Of a stretch of 64,000 nucleotides of DNA, positions 18,742 through 28,273 are shown piece after piece (positions within the stretch are counted from its first letter, which is position 1; each line of letters starts with the position of its first letter). Both the position numbers and the translations under genes were made by a program. The DNA lies in the IMG/VR virus record IMGVR_UViG_3300017987_000001, positions 143,858-207,857 of that record; one strand, given 5' to 3'. The notes below the pieces were generated by a model. That model was not told the origin of the DNA. It did no database searches and saw nothing but the letters and a program-made list of their open reading frames with translations.

Positions 18742-19316
18742 GACGCCCTCCTTGGATCGTGCCCGAGCGCCTTGGCGCGATTGATGAACGACATGTTATT
18801 CAGCACCCGCTTGCGCGCCTCGTAGAACAGCGGCATCTGCGAGCGCGCGGCGAACTCCTCACGCAGGCAGAGGTCCGCGATCGCGGCGTCTGCGCTCTTA
18901 TCACGCACCACCTCGGCGAGTGCTACCTGCAGTTGTCCGTCGTACATGGCGTGGTACTTCTCGGCCAGCTCGTCGCCGCGTCGCGGCTTGTCCGAACGCG
19001 CAATGCGCACGACCTCGCCGGTCTGCAGGTAGTACGTGCCATCGTGGTCGAACACGGCCATGATGACCTCCGTGCTCTGGGCGATGACGATCCCGCCGTG
19101 GTTGCTGGGCAGGTAGGGCGCGCAGTCCGCCACGGATTCGATCATGCCCTTGCCGCCCCGCACCTGTGCGAACGCGCCCCACTTGATCCAGCACGTGTAG
19201 CGCTTGCCGAGGTGGAGGAACGGCACATCCTCCTCGTGGCTCGTGTTGAAGCCCGACACCACCCGTCCGACGAGCGAACCGGACGGCCAGCTCTCGCGTG
19301 CTATGTCTACGAGCAT
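18714..19316 (-). CDS. hypothetical protein
   Basis: ORF in operon context. Confidence 0.65.
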   Translation of the reverse strand: MLVDIARESWPSGSLVGRVVSGFNTSHEEDVPFLHLGKRYTCWIKWGAFAQVRGGKGMIESVADCAPYLPSNHGGIVIAQSTEVIMAVFDHDGTYYLQTGEVVRIARSDKPRRGDELAEKYHAMYDGQLQVALAEVVRDKSADAAIADLCLREEFAARSQMPLFYEARKRVLNNMSFINRAKALGHDPRRASCAGTSTAC

Positions 19317-19328
19317 GACAGATTCTTT

Positions 19329-19763
19329 CTAGCGCAGATGATCGCGTACCCAGTCGGCGAAGCTCATGCCTTCGGGGCAGCGTGCGCGAATGTGGTCCTC
19401 TTCCCCGTACTCCTTGGCGTCCTTCTCCCACTTCGGTGCGCACGTGGGGCAGATTGCCCGGCTGTCGAAGAGGATCCCGCCCGACTCCTTGGATTCGGAC
19501 CAGTCCTCGTTGCAGCCGTCGCAGATCACGAAGTCGCCGGGATCGATGACGATGTGCTTCACGGGTCCGAGCATGTGCACATCGAAGCCACGATCCTGCA
19601 TCAGTCCGGCGAGGGCGGAGGCGAAGCTCTTCCCGGGTGGGAGCTTCGCCTTTGCCTCCTCGGCCTCGATCGCTTCCAGCCGATCCTCAGCCTTCTTCAG
19701 CTCGGCGGCCGTGTAGTGCATGGGGTTCTCGAACATCTTCTGCAGGCGCTCTTTCTCGGTCAT
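19329..19763 (-). CDS. hypothetical Zn-finger protein
   Basis: CDGC...CPTC. Confidence 0.65.
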   Translation of the reverse strand: MTEKERLQKMFENPMHYTAAELKKAEDRLEAIEAEEAKAKLPPGKSFASALAGLMQDRGFDVHMLGPVKHIVIDPGDFVICDGCNEDWSESKESGGILFDSRAICPTCAPKWEKDAKEYGEEDHIRARCPEGMSFADWVRDHLR

Positions 19764-19771
19764 GGGAGCAC

Positions 19772-20170
19772 CTAGACGCAGAAGCGGTCGATGTGGATGG
19801 CCTTGGTCTCGCGGTCGGCGACCCGGATGACCCGGAAGGGCGTGTCGTGCAGCGGCTTGTCGAGCTGCGCCGCCATCGCCTGCTTCACCGGCAGCGGGAT
19901 CAGCACGACGTCGACTTCGCCCTGCTCGGCCAGCTGCGTCCACGCGAAGATGAGCGCCGCGCACCCGGTCGACATCTTGAACGTGATGTCGATGTCCGTC
20001 GTACCCTTGATCCCCGGCTGCTCGATCTCCTCCACGTCGAGCTTGCCCAGCACCGCGTCCTCCTGCGAGGCGCGCGGGAGGACCGTCCCATCCACGAAGT
20101 TGAACGGATGCGGCGAGCTGAAGTTGCCCACGCGCAGCCCGTTCGTCAGCGTCACGATACTCTTGTCCAT
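19772..20170 (-). CDS. hypothetical protein
   Basis: Well-formed ORF with SD-like upstream sequence. Confidence 0.7.
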   Translation of the reverse strand: MDKSIVTLTNGLRVGNFSSPHPFNFVDGTVLPRASQEDAVLGKLDVEEIEQPGIKGTTDIDITFKMSTGCAALIFAWTQLAEQGEVDVVLIPLPVKQAMAAQLDKPLHDTPFRVIRVADRETKAIHIDRFCV

Positions 20171-20272
20171 GGTCAGTTCCTTTCATCCCACGGGAGCTAA
20201 TGGGAGAACCATCTCCCATAGAATGGTGACGCGCTGCTGGGCTGGTTTAAGCTGATAGCTAAAAAGGAACAC

Positions 20273-20306
20273 TGACCACCGCCGCCCCCCACGGCGGCGG
20301 TGGTCA
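20273..20306 (-). terminator. perfect 14-bp hairpin after the ParB-like gene
   Basis: TGACCACCGCCGCC / GGCGGCGGTGGTCA; TTCCTTTTT follows on the minus strand. Confidence 0.7.
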
Positions 20307-20321
20307 TTCCGATCGTACCGG

Positions 20322-21605
20322 CTAGCCGGTCTTGCGCTTGCGCTTCGACTTCGCGGGCTTCACCTCGACCTTCGCAGCTTGCTTGAGGTACTCATCCAAG
20401 CGCCGCTTGATCGTGTGCATAGACACTTCGAAGTCTTTGGCAATCGCAGCGTACGAACGTCCGGCTTCACGCATCTTCGCCATGCGCTTGAGCTGCTTCT
20501 CGGTGAAGTCGATGCGCTTACGCGTGTGTGCCTTCGGCTTCTCGGCCTTGGACTTCGGCTTCTTGTCAGACATCGACGTCTTCACGTACTTCCCCATTTT
20601 CTGTACGCGCTCCTTGAGTCCGTAGTCCTTCATTGCGTCGAGGAACTTCTCGGACCCAATCGAATACTGGAACGGGGTACCGGCAACGTTGAGCCGCGAG
20701 TTTACGGCCAAAGCCTCACCGGGAATCTCGATCGCCGACTTGCCTTCATAGTACTGCGTCCACGCCCACGCAACTGCATGAGAGAGTGCGCGCGGAGACG
20801 GCCGCGCTCGCTGATTGAGCGCGTTCCGCGTACGATCCTGTACATCGATCAGGAACTCACGAAGCGCCTGTCGTGGATCATTCGCCTTCATGATGCCGTT
20901 GTGCGCAACACCGTGCCAGAAAAGCTTGGCCTTCCTCGGCTGCCACTGCATGGTGATCAGCGCGACCGACAGGATCGATTGCTGATAGACTGTCGGACGC
21001 CGCAGCGCACCCATCCGCCCTTCGAAGACTCCATTGAGGCTGATCATGGAGTCCACGAAATGCTTGGCGAACTGGCAGTACAGTGCAGGGTAATGCGTCT
21101 GCACCCTCGCGATGCTCTGCGAGAATGAATCAGCGATGAACGTCACGGCACTCATCAGCTTACCAACGCCCCGCTTCCCGAGAATCTCGATGATCTTCTT
21201 GCCGTAATAGGCCACGAACATATCGGCCTTCGTACGGCTGCCCATACCGGTGTCGAATGATATGTACAGACGGTCGACCTGTGCCATATCCTTGCACTTG
21301 TACGTGATCATGACGAAGTACATCGGGATTCCTGTTCGTGCGATGGTCGTGAGCCTGTGGTAGCCGTCAACGATGAATGTCTTGGCCCCGACCGCCGCAA
21401 GCGAGAGTACCGATCCCGGTCGGAAGGCACCCTCGTCCAGCATCATCTCCAGCCCGCCGAGTGTGACGTTCCGCATCGGGCGCTGCTTCGGGTACATCAT
21501 CGTCTTGAGCATCTCGCGCGCCTTGACCGGTGTGATCCGCGTCAGCTTCACGCGGATGCTCAGGATAAACCTGAACAATCCAAACAACGAAGACAGAAAA
21601 GCCAT
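20322..21605 (-). CDS. ParB/Srx (DGxHR)-like domain protein with C-terminal HTH
   Basis: FIVDGYHRLTTI; C-terminal GRSYAAIAKDFEVSMHTIKRRL. Confidence 0.65.
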   Translation of the reverse strand: MAFLSSLFGLFRFILSIRVKLTRITPVKAREMLKTMMYPKQRPMRNVTLGGLEMMLDEGAFRPGSVLSLAAVGAKTFIVDGYHRLTTIARTGIPMYFVMITYKCKDMAQVDRLYISFDTGMGSRTKADMFVAYYGKKIIEILGKRGVGKLMSAVTFIADSFSQSIARVQTHYPALYCQFAKHFVDSMISLNGVFEGRMGALRRPTVYQQSILSVALITMQWQPRKAKLFWHGVAHNGIMKANDPRQALREFLIDVQDRTRNALNQRARPSPRALSHAVAWAWTQYYEGKSAIEIPGEALAVNSRLNVAGTPFQYSIGSEKFLDAMKDYGLKERVQKMGKYVKTSMSDKKPKSKAEKPKAHTRKRIDFTEKQLKRMAKMREAGRSYAAIAKDFEVSMHTIKRRLDEYLKQAAKVEVKPAKSKRKRKTG

Positions 21606-21635
21606 TGTGGTATTCCTTTCACCCACGGGCAGTAG

Positions 21636-21875
21636 CTAGTGCTTCGGGTCGCTCTTGAAGTCGGGCATGAGCGACCGCGCGACGTCGTCGACGATGGTGT
21701 TGCGCGACTGCTCGCACTGCTTGATCTCGGCCTCGACGCTCCTCAACATCTCGCACCACTCCTTGGTGGCGTCGTCGGTCGGATCCTCCAGCAGCGTCTT
21801 GTGCGCCTCACGCAGTACGCGGAGGCGTCGCTCGTTGTCGTTGAACTTGCCCTGCGTCTTGATCTCCAGCGCCAT
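21636..21875 (-). CDS. small coiled-coil hypothetical protein
   Basis: ORF with AAAGGAG RBS. Confidence 0.65.
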   Translation of the reverse strand: MALEIKTQGKFNDNERRLRVLREAHKTLLEDPTDDATKEWCEMLRSVEAEIKQCEQSRNTIVDDVARSLMPDFKSDPKH

Positions 21876-21888
21876 GACGGCGCTCCTT

Positions 21889-22257
21889 TCATTTCGGCCA
21901 CGTGATGTGGCGTTCGATAACTTCGCACTTGCGCCTGATCTCGCGCTGTGCCTTCTCGTCGCTCTTGATCGCCCGCTCCATGCATTCGGGCACGTTCACG
22001 CATAGGTGAATGCGTTGCCGTCCGTCGTAGTAGTACGTCGTGTCGACGACGTTTGGGAAGCAGACGAACGTGCCGGGTGCCGTCATGCCGCAACGCTGGC
22101 AGTACACGGACTTGAGCTTGCGTGTGCACTCGTAGATGCGTGGCAGATCGTACGGGAACAGCAGGATATGTGCGACGGGAAGGGTGTACCGGTCAGGCAA
22201 GATCGTGGCGAGCTTCATCAGCGCGCTCACGTCCGGCATCTCTATATTCCTTTCCAC
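21889..22257 (-). CDS. hypothetical Cys-rich protein
   Basis: CQRC...C..VPEC. Confidence 0.6.
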   Translation of the reverse strand: MERNIEMPDVSALMKLATILPDRYTLPVAHILLFPYDLPRIYECTRKLKSVYCQRCGMTAPGTFVCFPNVVDTTYYYDGRQRIHLCVNVPECMERAIKSDEKAQREIRRKCEVIERHITWPK

Positions 22258-22263
22258 CCACGG

Positions 22264-22452
22264 TCACGTCTTGAGCCTCGTGCGCACCTTGTACCCGCTC
22301 GGCAGCTTCAGCTCAGCGAGAGACTTGGCGCGCATAGCATCTGCGAGACCGAGACCTTCGGCGCCGATGAGGTCGACCACCGTGTTCGTCCGGCGGTCGA
22401 TGATCTCGACGATGTAGCGCAACTGGGTCGGGTCTAGCATGGTGACGTCCAC
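22264..22452 (-). CDS. small hypothetical protein
   Basis: Shares V.(I)IDRRT...VV..(I/V)G with 22732-22923, so a likely paralogue. Confidence 0.55.
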   Translation of the reverse strand: MDVTMLDPTQLRYIVEIIDRRTNTVVDLIGAEGLGLADAMRAKSLAELKLPSGYKVRTRLKT

Positions 22453-22703
22453 TTCGACACTTCGCAGATCGCACAGTCGAGGTAGCCCGAGCCATCATAC
22501 AGGTAGTTGAACAGGTAGATCACCTCGCGGACGATGTAGCGCGTACCGTCTGCGCCACGTCCACCAGCGGTGTCGATTACCCACTCGCCCACGCGCGGCG
22601 GCATCGGCAGCTCCATGACGAAGTCTGCGGAATTGGCATCATCGTCCTTCGTGCGATCGTATGCGAACTGCGACTTCGGGATGATGATGAACTCGATACG
22701 CAT
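22434..22703 (-). CDS. hypothetical protein
   Basis: GGAGGG RBS. Confidence 0.6.
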   Translation of the reverse strand: MRIEFIIIPKSQFAYDRTKDDDANSADFVMELPMPPRVGEWVIDTAGGRGADGTRYIVREVIYLFNYLYDGSGYLDCAICEVSKWTSPC

Positions 22704-22731
22704 GCGCCCTCCAATTGTTGGACGCGTCCAA

Positions 22732-22923
22732 CTATGCGACAACGCACTCGCATTCGCAATCCATCGCGAGTTCGACCTTGAACGACCGGCGGCTGCGATC
22801 CTTCTCCAGAATGGACTTCAGCCGCTGCGCTTCCCGGTACAGCATCTTCGGCCCGACGCACTGCACGATCTCCTTCGTGCGTCGATCGATGACGTGAACC
22901 ATCCACTCTTCGTTCTCGGGCAT
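22732..22923 (-). CDS. small hypothetical protein
   Basis: VHVIDRRTKEIVQCVG; paralogue of 22264-22452. Confidence 0.6.
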   Translation of the reverse strand: MPENEEWMVHVIDRRTKEIVQCVGPKMLYREAQRLKSILEKDRSRRSFKVELAMDCECECVVA

Positions 22924-23048
22924 CGCTCCATGTCCTTTCACAGTTGGCAGGGCTACCCACTGTAGCGCCCTCCAGATTCAAGAAAGTGGGCGTGCGCCGA
23001 CAACCTTCCCGAAGCCGACGCACGCCCGTTCCCGTGGGTGGGGAACTG

Positions 23049-23633
23049 CTACAGTTGACGACAGTTCAGATTGTGAAGGATGGTCATTGCGTCGCTGACA
23101 CGATCCCACGCATGCATGTCGTTGCGTGACGAGAATCGACTCCCGTCGCGTTTGAACGCGCTCTTTGTCAGCGCGTCCTTCACGATCGATATCGGCGCTG
23201 CCGAGAACCAGACCGTGATCTTGTTCTTGTCGTGGTGCTCGCGGAAGATGATGGCCTCGCGAGCGTTCCCGTTCGCCTTGACCACGGCAAGCGCGACTCC
23301 CTCACTGTAGTCGAAATCGTCCCACCAGCAGTCCGCGTCGGACTCGCCGCTCTTGGCGTACACCTCCGACCAGTTGTGCCGAGCGAGTTCGCGAAGCAGC
23401 GGATCGATCGCGTAGGTGGCAATCGGAACCCACCAGTCGCCGGTGGCACTACTGTACTTGAAGCCGCACGTCTTGAGCACCTCGATGATCGCATTGGCCT
23501 TCAGCCAGAAGCGAACGATGATGCGCTCCTTCGTGCGGTAGATCCCACAGTAGTTACCGCAGCGATGCAGCAGCACCGCATTGCTCTGGTTGATCGCGAT
23601 GTTCCAGCTGCTGATGACCTCACCGATGTTCGG
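23049..23633 (-). CDS. hypothetical protein (start uncertain)
   Basis: Protein-like 3' part of track ORF 23049..23933; no clear start codon. Confidence 0.45.
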   Translation of the reverse strand, partial: PNIGEVISSWNIAINQSNAVLLHRCGNYCGIYRTKERIIVRFWLKANAIIEVLKTCGFKYSSATGDWWVPIATYAIDPLLRELARHNWSEVYAKSGESDADCWWDDFDYSEGVALAVVKANGNAREAIIFREHHDKNKITVWFSAAPISIVKDALTKSAFKRDGSRFSSRNDMHAWDRVSDAMTILHNLNCRQL

Positions 23634-23665
23634 GGTCTTCGCTGCAGCCCCAGCCCCGGCTAGGG

Positions 23666-24184
23666 CTAGCGGTCGAAAGGGCGGACGGCGATCTTCTGCT
23701 TGTCGGGGTCGAACCCGCCCTCTTCCTTCGATTCGAGGATCGCCGCGCGGATCACCGCGTCCTCGGGGGTCTTGGCGACGACCTTCTTGGTGGGACCGAC
23801 GGACGTGATGACGTCCTTCTCGCCGATGGTGCGCACTTCGTACTCGAACGTCTGCATGCTCTTCTCCTCCCGCTTTCGCGGAGCGTGGATCTTCGGTGTA
23901 ACCGCAGGGGCCGGTCGTGCCGGATTGACGCACATCGCAGTGACGTCGACTTTGACCTCAATTGGGTAAAGCTTCTTCCCGTCGCTGTACTTCCGCGACG
24001 AGATCGACAAGGTCTTGTCGAAGGGGATGAGTTCGTCACTAGACAGGTGTTGGTACGGATCTTCCTTCAGGCGGATCATGAAGTCGAACGGATCGTAGCC
24101 CGGGAAGAACTTGTGGAATGCCTGAATGAACGTCGTACCCGGCGGGACCATTTCCACACGCGGTTTCTTCTCGTCATGTGGCAT
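23666..24184 (-). CDS. hypothetical protein
   Basis: GGAGG RBS before MPHDEKK. Confidence 0.7.
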   Translation of the reverse strand: MPHDEKKPRVEMVPPGTTFIQAFHKFFPGYDPFDFMIRLKEDPYQHLSSDELIPFDKTLSISSRKYSDGKKLYPIEVKVDVTAMCVNPARPAPAVTPKIHAPRKREEKSMQTFEYEVRTIGEKDVITSVGPTKKVVAKTPEDAVIRAAILESKEEGGFDPDKQKIAVRPFDR

Positions 24185-24262
24185 GAATCCTCCAGCCAAA
24201 GTGGGAGCCTCTGCTGGAGCTTCGCTTACCAACCAGCACCGCGCTGGTTAGGTGGATGGTTT

Positions 24263-25675
24263 TCAGGCGTCGGACGTGCGCTTGGCTTTCTTCCTGCGCT
24301 TCGTCGTCGCCTTCTTGTTCGCCGCACTTCTGGCCTTGGCTTTCGCCGCCTTGCTCTCTTGCTGGCGTTCGACAGCCTGCATGACCAGATGGTGCGCCGC
24401 GTCTACGTACAGGTCGATGGCGTAACCGATGCCCTCCTTCTTCACCAGATTCCGGACGGGCGTGAGGTTGCGGCCGTAGCGCCCACGCCGGTTCTCCGCA
24501 GGACCGGCGATGACGTGGGGGCCAGAATCGACACGTACGCGCACTTCCCCGAGCGACTGCGGCACAACGAACTCGATCGGATAACCGAGCTGTTCGCCGA
24601 TGAGCTGCTTAGCTTGCGTAAGGATGAACCACGACTGCACCTGAGCCAGTGCAAGTTCGAGGTTCCCTCCCAGCTTCGAGACCATCGCGGGGATGTCATT
24701 CGGATTATTGACCCGCTGAACGGGCCAAGGTCCGTAGAGAGCGGTGCCGGGCATGACCTTCTGCCCGGACCGCACGATGGGTTCGACGTATGGCAGGTCG
24801 AACCCCGTCCGCTCGGAAGCGATGCGATTCGCTTCCGCCGGGTCAAACGTGTACGTCTTCTCCTGATTCCCGTCGGTGACGGTCACGTCGAATCCATCCA
24901 CTGACGCAACCGTGCCGACCATGTCGGCAGACATGTTCGGCACACCCGGAATCCCCCACCTGCCGGTGGAGGTGGCGCTGCTGATGCCGATCATCAGGCT
25001 GCGGCGGGAACGCGCGCAGTCTGCGAAGGTCTCGTCACTCGCGCGAAGCGTGAGCTTGCGCTTGGTGACGACGATGAAGTCCATAGGAGGCATCTCGGTG
25101 GTAGCTTCGACCCCGTTCTCCTTGACTTCTTCGAGCATCGCCAGCACCTTCCCGGCGAGCCGTCGCTCATCGTCCGTCGAGTCCTCCCCCGTGACGAGGC
25201 AGTACTTCCCGGACTCACGATCAGCTCGACGGGACATCCCGAGGGGCACTGAGTAGGTGATTTCCGACTGTCGCCTATAGTGCCCGTCTACGACGGTCCC
25301 CTTGAGACGCCGATCGCTCGACGCGCGAACGATCCAAGCGCCGCCGTTGTGCATCGTGCCGTTGCACAGTTTCCCGTCAGCTGAAAGGTGCCATGGATCC
25401 AGCTTGTGACGGGCGAAGTTCCTTCTCGTGGAGTAGTCGAGGTCCACAAGAGTGGTGACGGTCTCCATGGTGTCGACGGGGCGGTACTCCTCGTCTCCAC
25501 GCAAAAGGAACTTGAACACTGCACGGTCTTCGGCCGATAGATCGTGCAAAACGGAGGGTCGCGGCTGGACGATCTCGTTCCAGAGTCCGCCCATGCGCTG
25601 CGATCGATCTCCGCAATTCTCGTCGAGAGGCCCGTGGAGCCTTTCGACAACCTTCATGAAGTCTGCGTGCTTCAA
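24263..25675 (-). CDS. hypothetical protein (470 aa)
   Basis: Long ORF; contains PIVRSGQKVMPGTAL. Confidence 0.75.
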   Translation of the reverse strand: MKHADFMKVVERLHGPLDENCGDRSQRMGGLWNEIVQPRPSVLHDLSAEDRAVFKFLLRGDEEYRPVDTMETVTTLVDLDYSTRRNFARHKLDPWHLSADGKLCNGTMHNGGAWIVRASSDRRLKGTVVDGHYRRQSEITYSVPLGMSRRADRESGKYCLVTGEDSTDDERRLAGKVLAMLEEVKENGVEATTEMPPMDFIVVTKRKLTLRASDETFADCARSRRSLMIGISSATSTGRWGIPGVPNMSADMVGTVASVDGFDVTVTDGNQEKTYTFDPAEANRIASERTGFDLPYVEPIVRSGQKVMPGTALYGPWPVQRVNNPNDIPAMVSKLGGNLELALAQVQSWFILTQAKQLIGEQLGYPIEFVVPQSLGEVRVRVDSGPHVIAGPAENRRGRYGRNLTPVRNLVKKEGIGYAIDLYVDAAHHLVMQAVERQQESKAAKAKARSAANKKATTKRRKKAKRTSDA

Positions 25676-25740
25676 CAGACTCTCCCCTACTATGAAATAG
25701 CAGAGGCTCCCATTAATAGTAACGCGCTGGGAACGCGCAT

Positions 25741-26067
25741 TTAGCCCGTTTTGGGCTTGGGAATGAAGGGTACGAAGTGCCCCGAATCGTTGACCGTCGT
25801 GGCGTCAATTCCGACCTGCACAACCTCGCCATCCACCTCGAATGACCCCACCGGAGCAAGGTTGCCCAGCCGCACGCGGTGGCCACGGAACGCGAAGGCA
25901 TGCAGCTCCTCCGTAGCCTCCAGTACGTTGGACTTCAACGCCCGCTCGAAGGCCGAACGGTCACCGCACTCAAGGCACTGCGGCGGCTTGTCGGCTGCGT
26001 CAGGAATGATGATCAGCCAGAACGGTATCGGCTTCGTCTCCGCCTTCTTATCTGGTTCGTCGCTCAT
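25741..26067 (-). CDS. hypothetical protein
   Basis: Operon context. Confidence 0.65.
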   Translation of the reverse strand: MSDEPDKKAETKPIPFWLIIIPDAADKPPQCLECGDRSAFERALKSNVLEATEELHAFAFRGHRVRLGNLAPVGSFEVDGEVVQVGIDATTVNDSGHFVPFIPKPKTG

Positions 26068-26327
26068 TGCGGCTTACCCTTCTTCGGCGCATCCAACGCA
26101 GGCTGCACGGGACGCGTACGCTGATCGACATCCACGGAGCCGGTCTTGCCGTTCACCGACAGGATGCCACGGAACACGATCGTGCCGTCGTTGCGTGCCA
26201 CCTCGACGATGCCGATAGTCGCCTTGCCCTTCGGCTGGTAGAACGTGGGTTCCAGCACGATCATGTCCTTCTTGATCTCCACATTCTTCGCCTCGATGCT
26301 ACTGGGCGGCTTGATCGCCACTTTCAT
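26064..26327 (-). CDS. hypothetical protein
   Basis: ATGA overlap with next gene. Confidence 0.65.
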   Translation of the reverse strand: MKVAIKPPSSIEAKNVEIKKDMIVLEPTFYQPKGKATIGIVEVARNDGTIVFRGILSVNGKTGSVDVDQRTRPVQPALDAPKKGKPQ

Positions 26328-26949
26328 TGAGTTCTCCCATCTCTATCAGTCGTGCGCGCCCGCGAGCGACGATAGTCGGCTCCGGCGGCTGCACGGTCAG
26401 CGTAATCATCTCTGGTGCCGTCGTTGGATGCGGCAATCGCTTCAGGAATTCTTCACGTTCGAGATCTTCAGCCTCTCCCGGCTTGAAGATCGGATACGGC
26501 AGCATCTCCCGGTGTGTCTCTGCGACGAGCCGGGCAGACATGGTTGAGATGGTCCACACATCGATAACCTCGGGCCGAGGGTTCTCGACACCGACCATCC
26601 GCATAAACGGATCGCCGATCGGTGCCGCCATACGGCGCGGCACACAGAAGCCGCCATGCTTCGGGTGAACCATCTCAACCGACTCCAGCCAGCTACAGAA
26701 TGCCGGATATGCCTGATCGTTCATGACATACAGACGAGACCCGAACGGCTGCGGCAGGTTGATGATCTCGAATCCCTGAAAGTCGTAGTACGTCAGCGTC
26801 ACGTCCATCTTCGTGTCATTGACGAAGCGGCCAACGACGTCGAACGTGATGCCGCCGTAGGTGTAGAGGGCCGCGTGCGTGAACGGCACGAAGCCCTCCT
26901 TCCGAGCCTCCAGCAACGAGCCGAGCAGTTCGAGCTTGTCTGTACTCAC
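26299..26949 (-). CDS. hypothetical protein
   Basis: Overlaps the glutaredoxin stop codon. Confidence 0.65.
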   Translation of the reverse strand: MSTDKLELLGSLLEARKEGFVPFTHAALYTYGGITFDVVGRFVNDTKMDVTLTYYDFQGFEIINLPQPFGSRLYVMNDQAYPAFCSWLESVEMVHPKHGGFCVPRRMAAPIGDPFMRMVGVENPRPEVIDVWTISTMSARLVAETHREMLPYPIFKPGEAEDLEREEFLKRLPHPTTAPEMITLTVQPPEPTIVARGRARLIEMGELNESGDQAAQ

Positions 26950-27215
26950 TAGTGATTCTTTCTAGCTGCCTTTATCACCCTCATTGCAGCAGTGTAGCTG
27001 TACGGCTTTCCGTCAACGACCAGCATGGGGATCTGCTGGTTTATCAAGCAGTGCATCGCCATGACATCAATACTGCGGTCCGTCCGCCACCCCTCGTGCG
27101 GCATACCGTAGTACTCGATGTCGTGCTTCTCGTACTCCAGCTTCATGCGCTTGAGCTTATCCTCAGCCGACGCACAAAGACCACAGTTCTTCTTTCCGTA
27201 CAGGACGATCTGCAT
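26949..27215 (-). CDS. glutaredoxin-like protein
   Basis: YGKKNCGLC (CxxC), IPMLVVDG. Confidence 0.8.
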   Translation of the reverse strand: MQIVLYGKKNCGLCASAEDKLKRMKLEYEKHDIEYYGMPHEGWRTDRSIDVMAMHCLINQQIPMLVVDGKPYSYTAAMRVIKAARKNH

Positions 27216-27257
27216 TTCATTTCCCCTTAACGGCGGAGTCTCACCGCCGCAGTAGTT

Positions 27258-27289
27258 TGGCCGGTGCGGTATATATACCGCACCGGCCA
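27258..27289. repeat. perfect 32-bp palindrome
   Basis: TGGCCGGTGCGGTATATATACCGCACCGGCCA equals its own reverse complement. Confidence 0.95.
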
Positions 27290-27296
27290 GTGCCCC

Positions 27297-27923
27297 CTAC
27301 AGACCGAGACGGGTGCTCAGCGCAAGAGCGAATATGGCCATCTCTTCCGCGTCGTCCTCGTTCGGCACGGGTAAGCCAAAGCGCTTCGCGATCTTGTCGT
27401 ATGGGATCTCGGGAACGTGCGGTCCCCGATACCCACAGATCACACGCGCAGGATCGAAGTAAATCGGGACATCAGGCTGCACCGCAGCCGCCGTGTGCCC
27501 GAACATCCAGTGGAGCGAGTACGGAAGCGAGCCGTTGGCGATCATGTACTCGATGGCCATGATGCGCAGCGTCGCTTCCAGCCTGCAGCCACTGACGATG
27601 ATCCGTGTCACCTTCGAAGGATCCGTGATGACCCCCGACTTGTTGAGGATGTAGTCGACGGCCATACGGCCACAGCCTACGCCCCCTTGCGAGAACGAGT
27701 TCTCTTCGTCGGGTGTGCCATCACGCTTGAGCGTAAGAACGCAGGCCGAGGTGATCGTGCCCGCCAGTGGGTGGGTCACGGTCTCGGCCTGCAGTTCAGC
27801 TTTGCGCTCGGCGATGTACTGCGCGATCTTCGCCGGATCCTTGTAGTTCTTGGGTGCCTTTACGTCTATGTACTCCTCCCAGTCGGGGACTGAGCGGAGC
27901 ACTGCGCCCACGTAGTACCGCAT
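27297..27923 (-). CDS. PolB-type 3'-5' exonuclease-like protein, probably inactive
   Basis: APKNYKDPAKIAQY...PLAGTI signature, but no DxE in the first strand. Confidence 0.45.
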   Translation of the reverse strand: MRYYVGAVLRSVPDWEEYIDVKAPKNYKDPAKIAQYIAERKAELQAETVTHPLAGTITSACVLTLKRDGTPDEENSFSQGGVGCGRMAVDYILNKSGVITDPSKVTRIIVSGCRLEATLRIMAIEYMIANGSLPYSLHWMFGHTAAAVQPDVPIYFDPARVICGYRGPHVPEIPYDKIAKRFGLPVPNEDDAEEMAIFALALSTRLGL

Positions 27924-28273
27924 GCCTTCTCGAATTCCTCCCTAGCCTCCTTCATGTAACGGGGCAGGTAGTAATCCCACCCCATTCGCGGCGTATGGCA
28001 CGGTGCCTTCCCGCGCACCTGCGCATACACATTCAGGTAGGCCGAAATCTGGAAGCGGCGAACGGCAGCCTCAGACTGAACGTACGTGACGTCGTGCCTG
28101 TAGCCGTACTTCGACGGAGAGAGACGATCCACCTCCGCCTGCAGCCGTTCCCGGTCTTCCTTCGTCTTGCGCGGCATACGAAGCGCACGTTTCGCTTCCC
28201 GCTGTATGTCCGCAAGCTCCTTGATCTTCTGCTTCAGCGTCTGAATCCCACGACGATAGTCATCACGGTCCAT
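27866..28273 (-). CDS. hypothetical basic protein
   Basis: Coiled-coil N-terminus. Confidence 0.6.
   Translation of the reverse strand: MDRDDYRRGIQTLKQKIKELADIQREAKRALRMPRKTKEDRERLQAEVDRLSPSKYGYRHDVTYVQSEAAVRRFQISAYLNVYAQVRGKAPCHTPRMGWDYYLPRYMKEAREEFEKACGTTWAQCSAQSPTGRST

Noticed and set aside
21605-21875. In-frame TAG readthrough fusing the 79-aa ORF to the ParB-like gene
   Set aside because: In frame, but the downstream gene has its own RBS and ATG, and the chance of being in frame is one in three.
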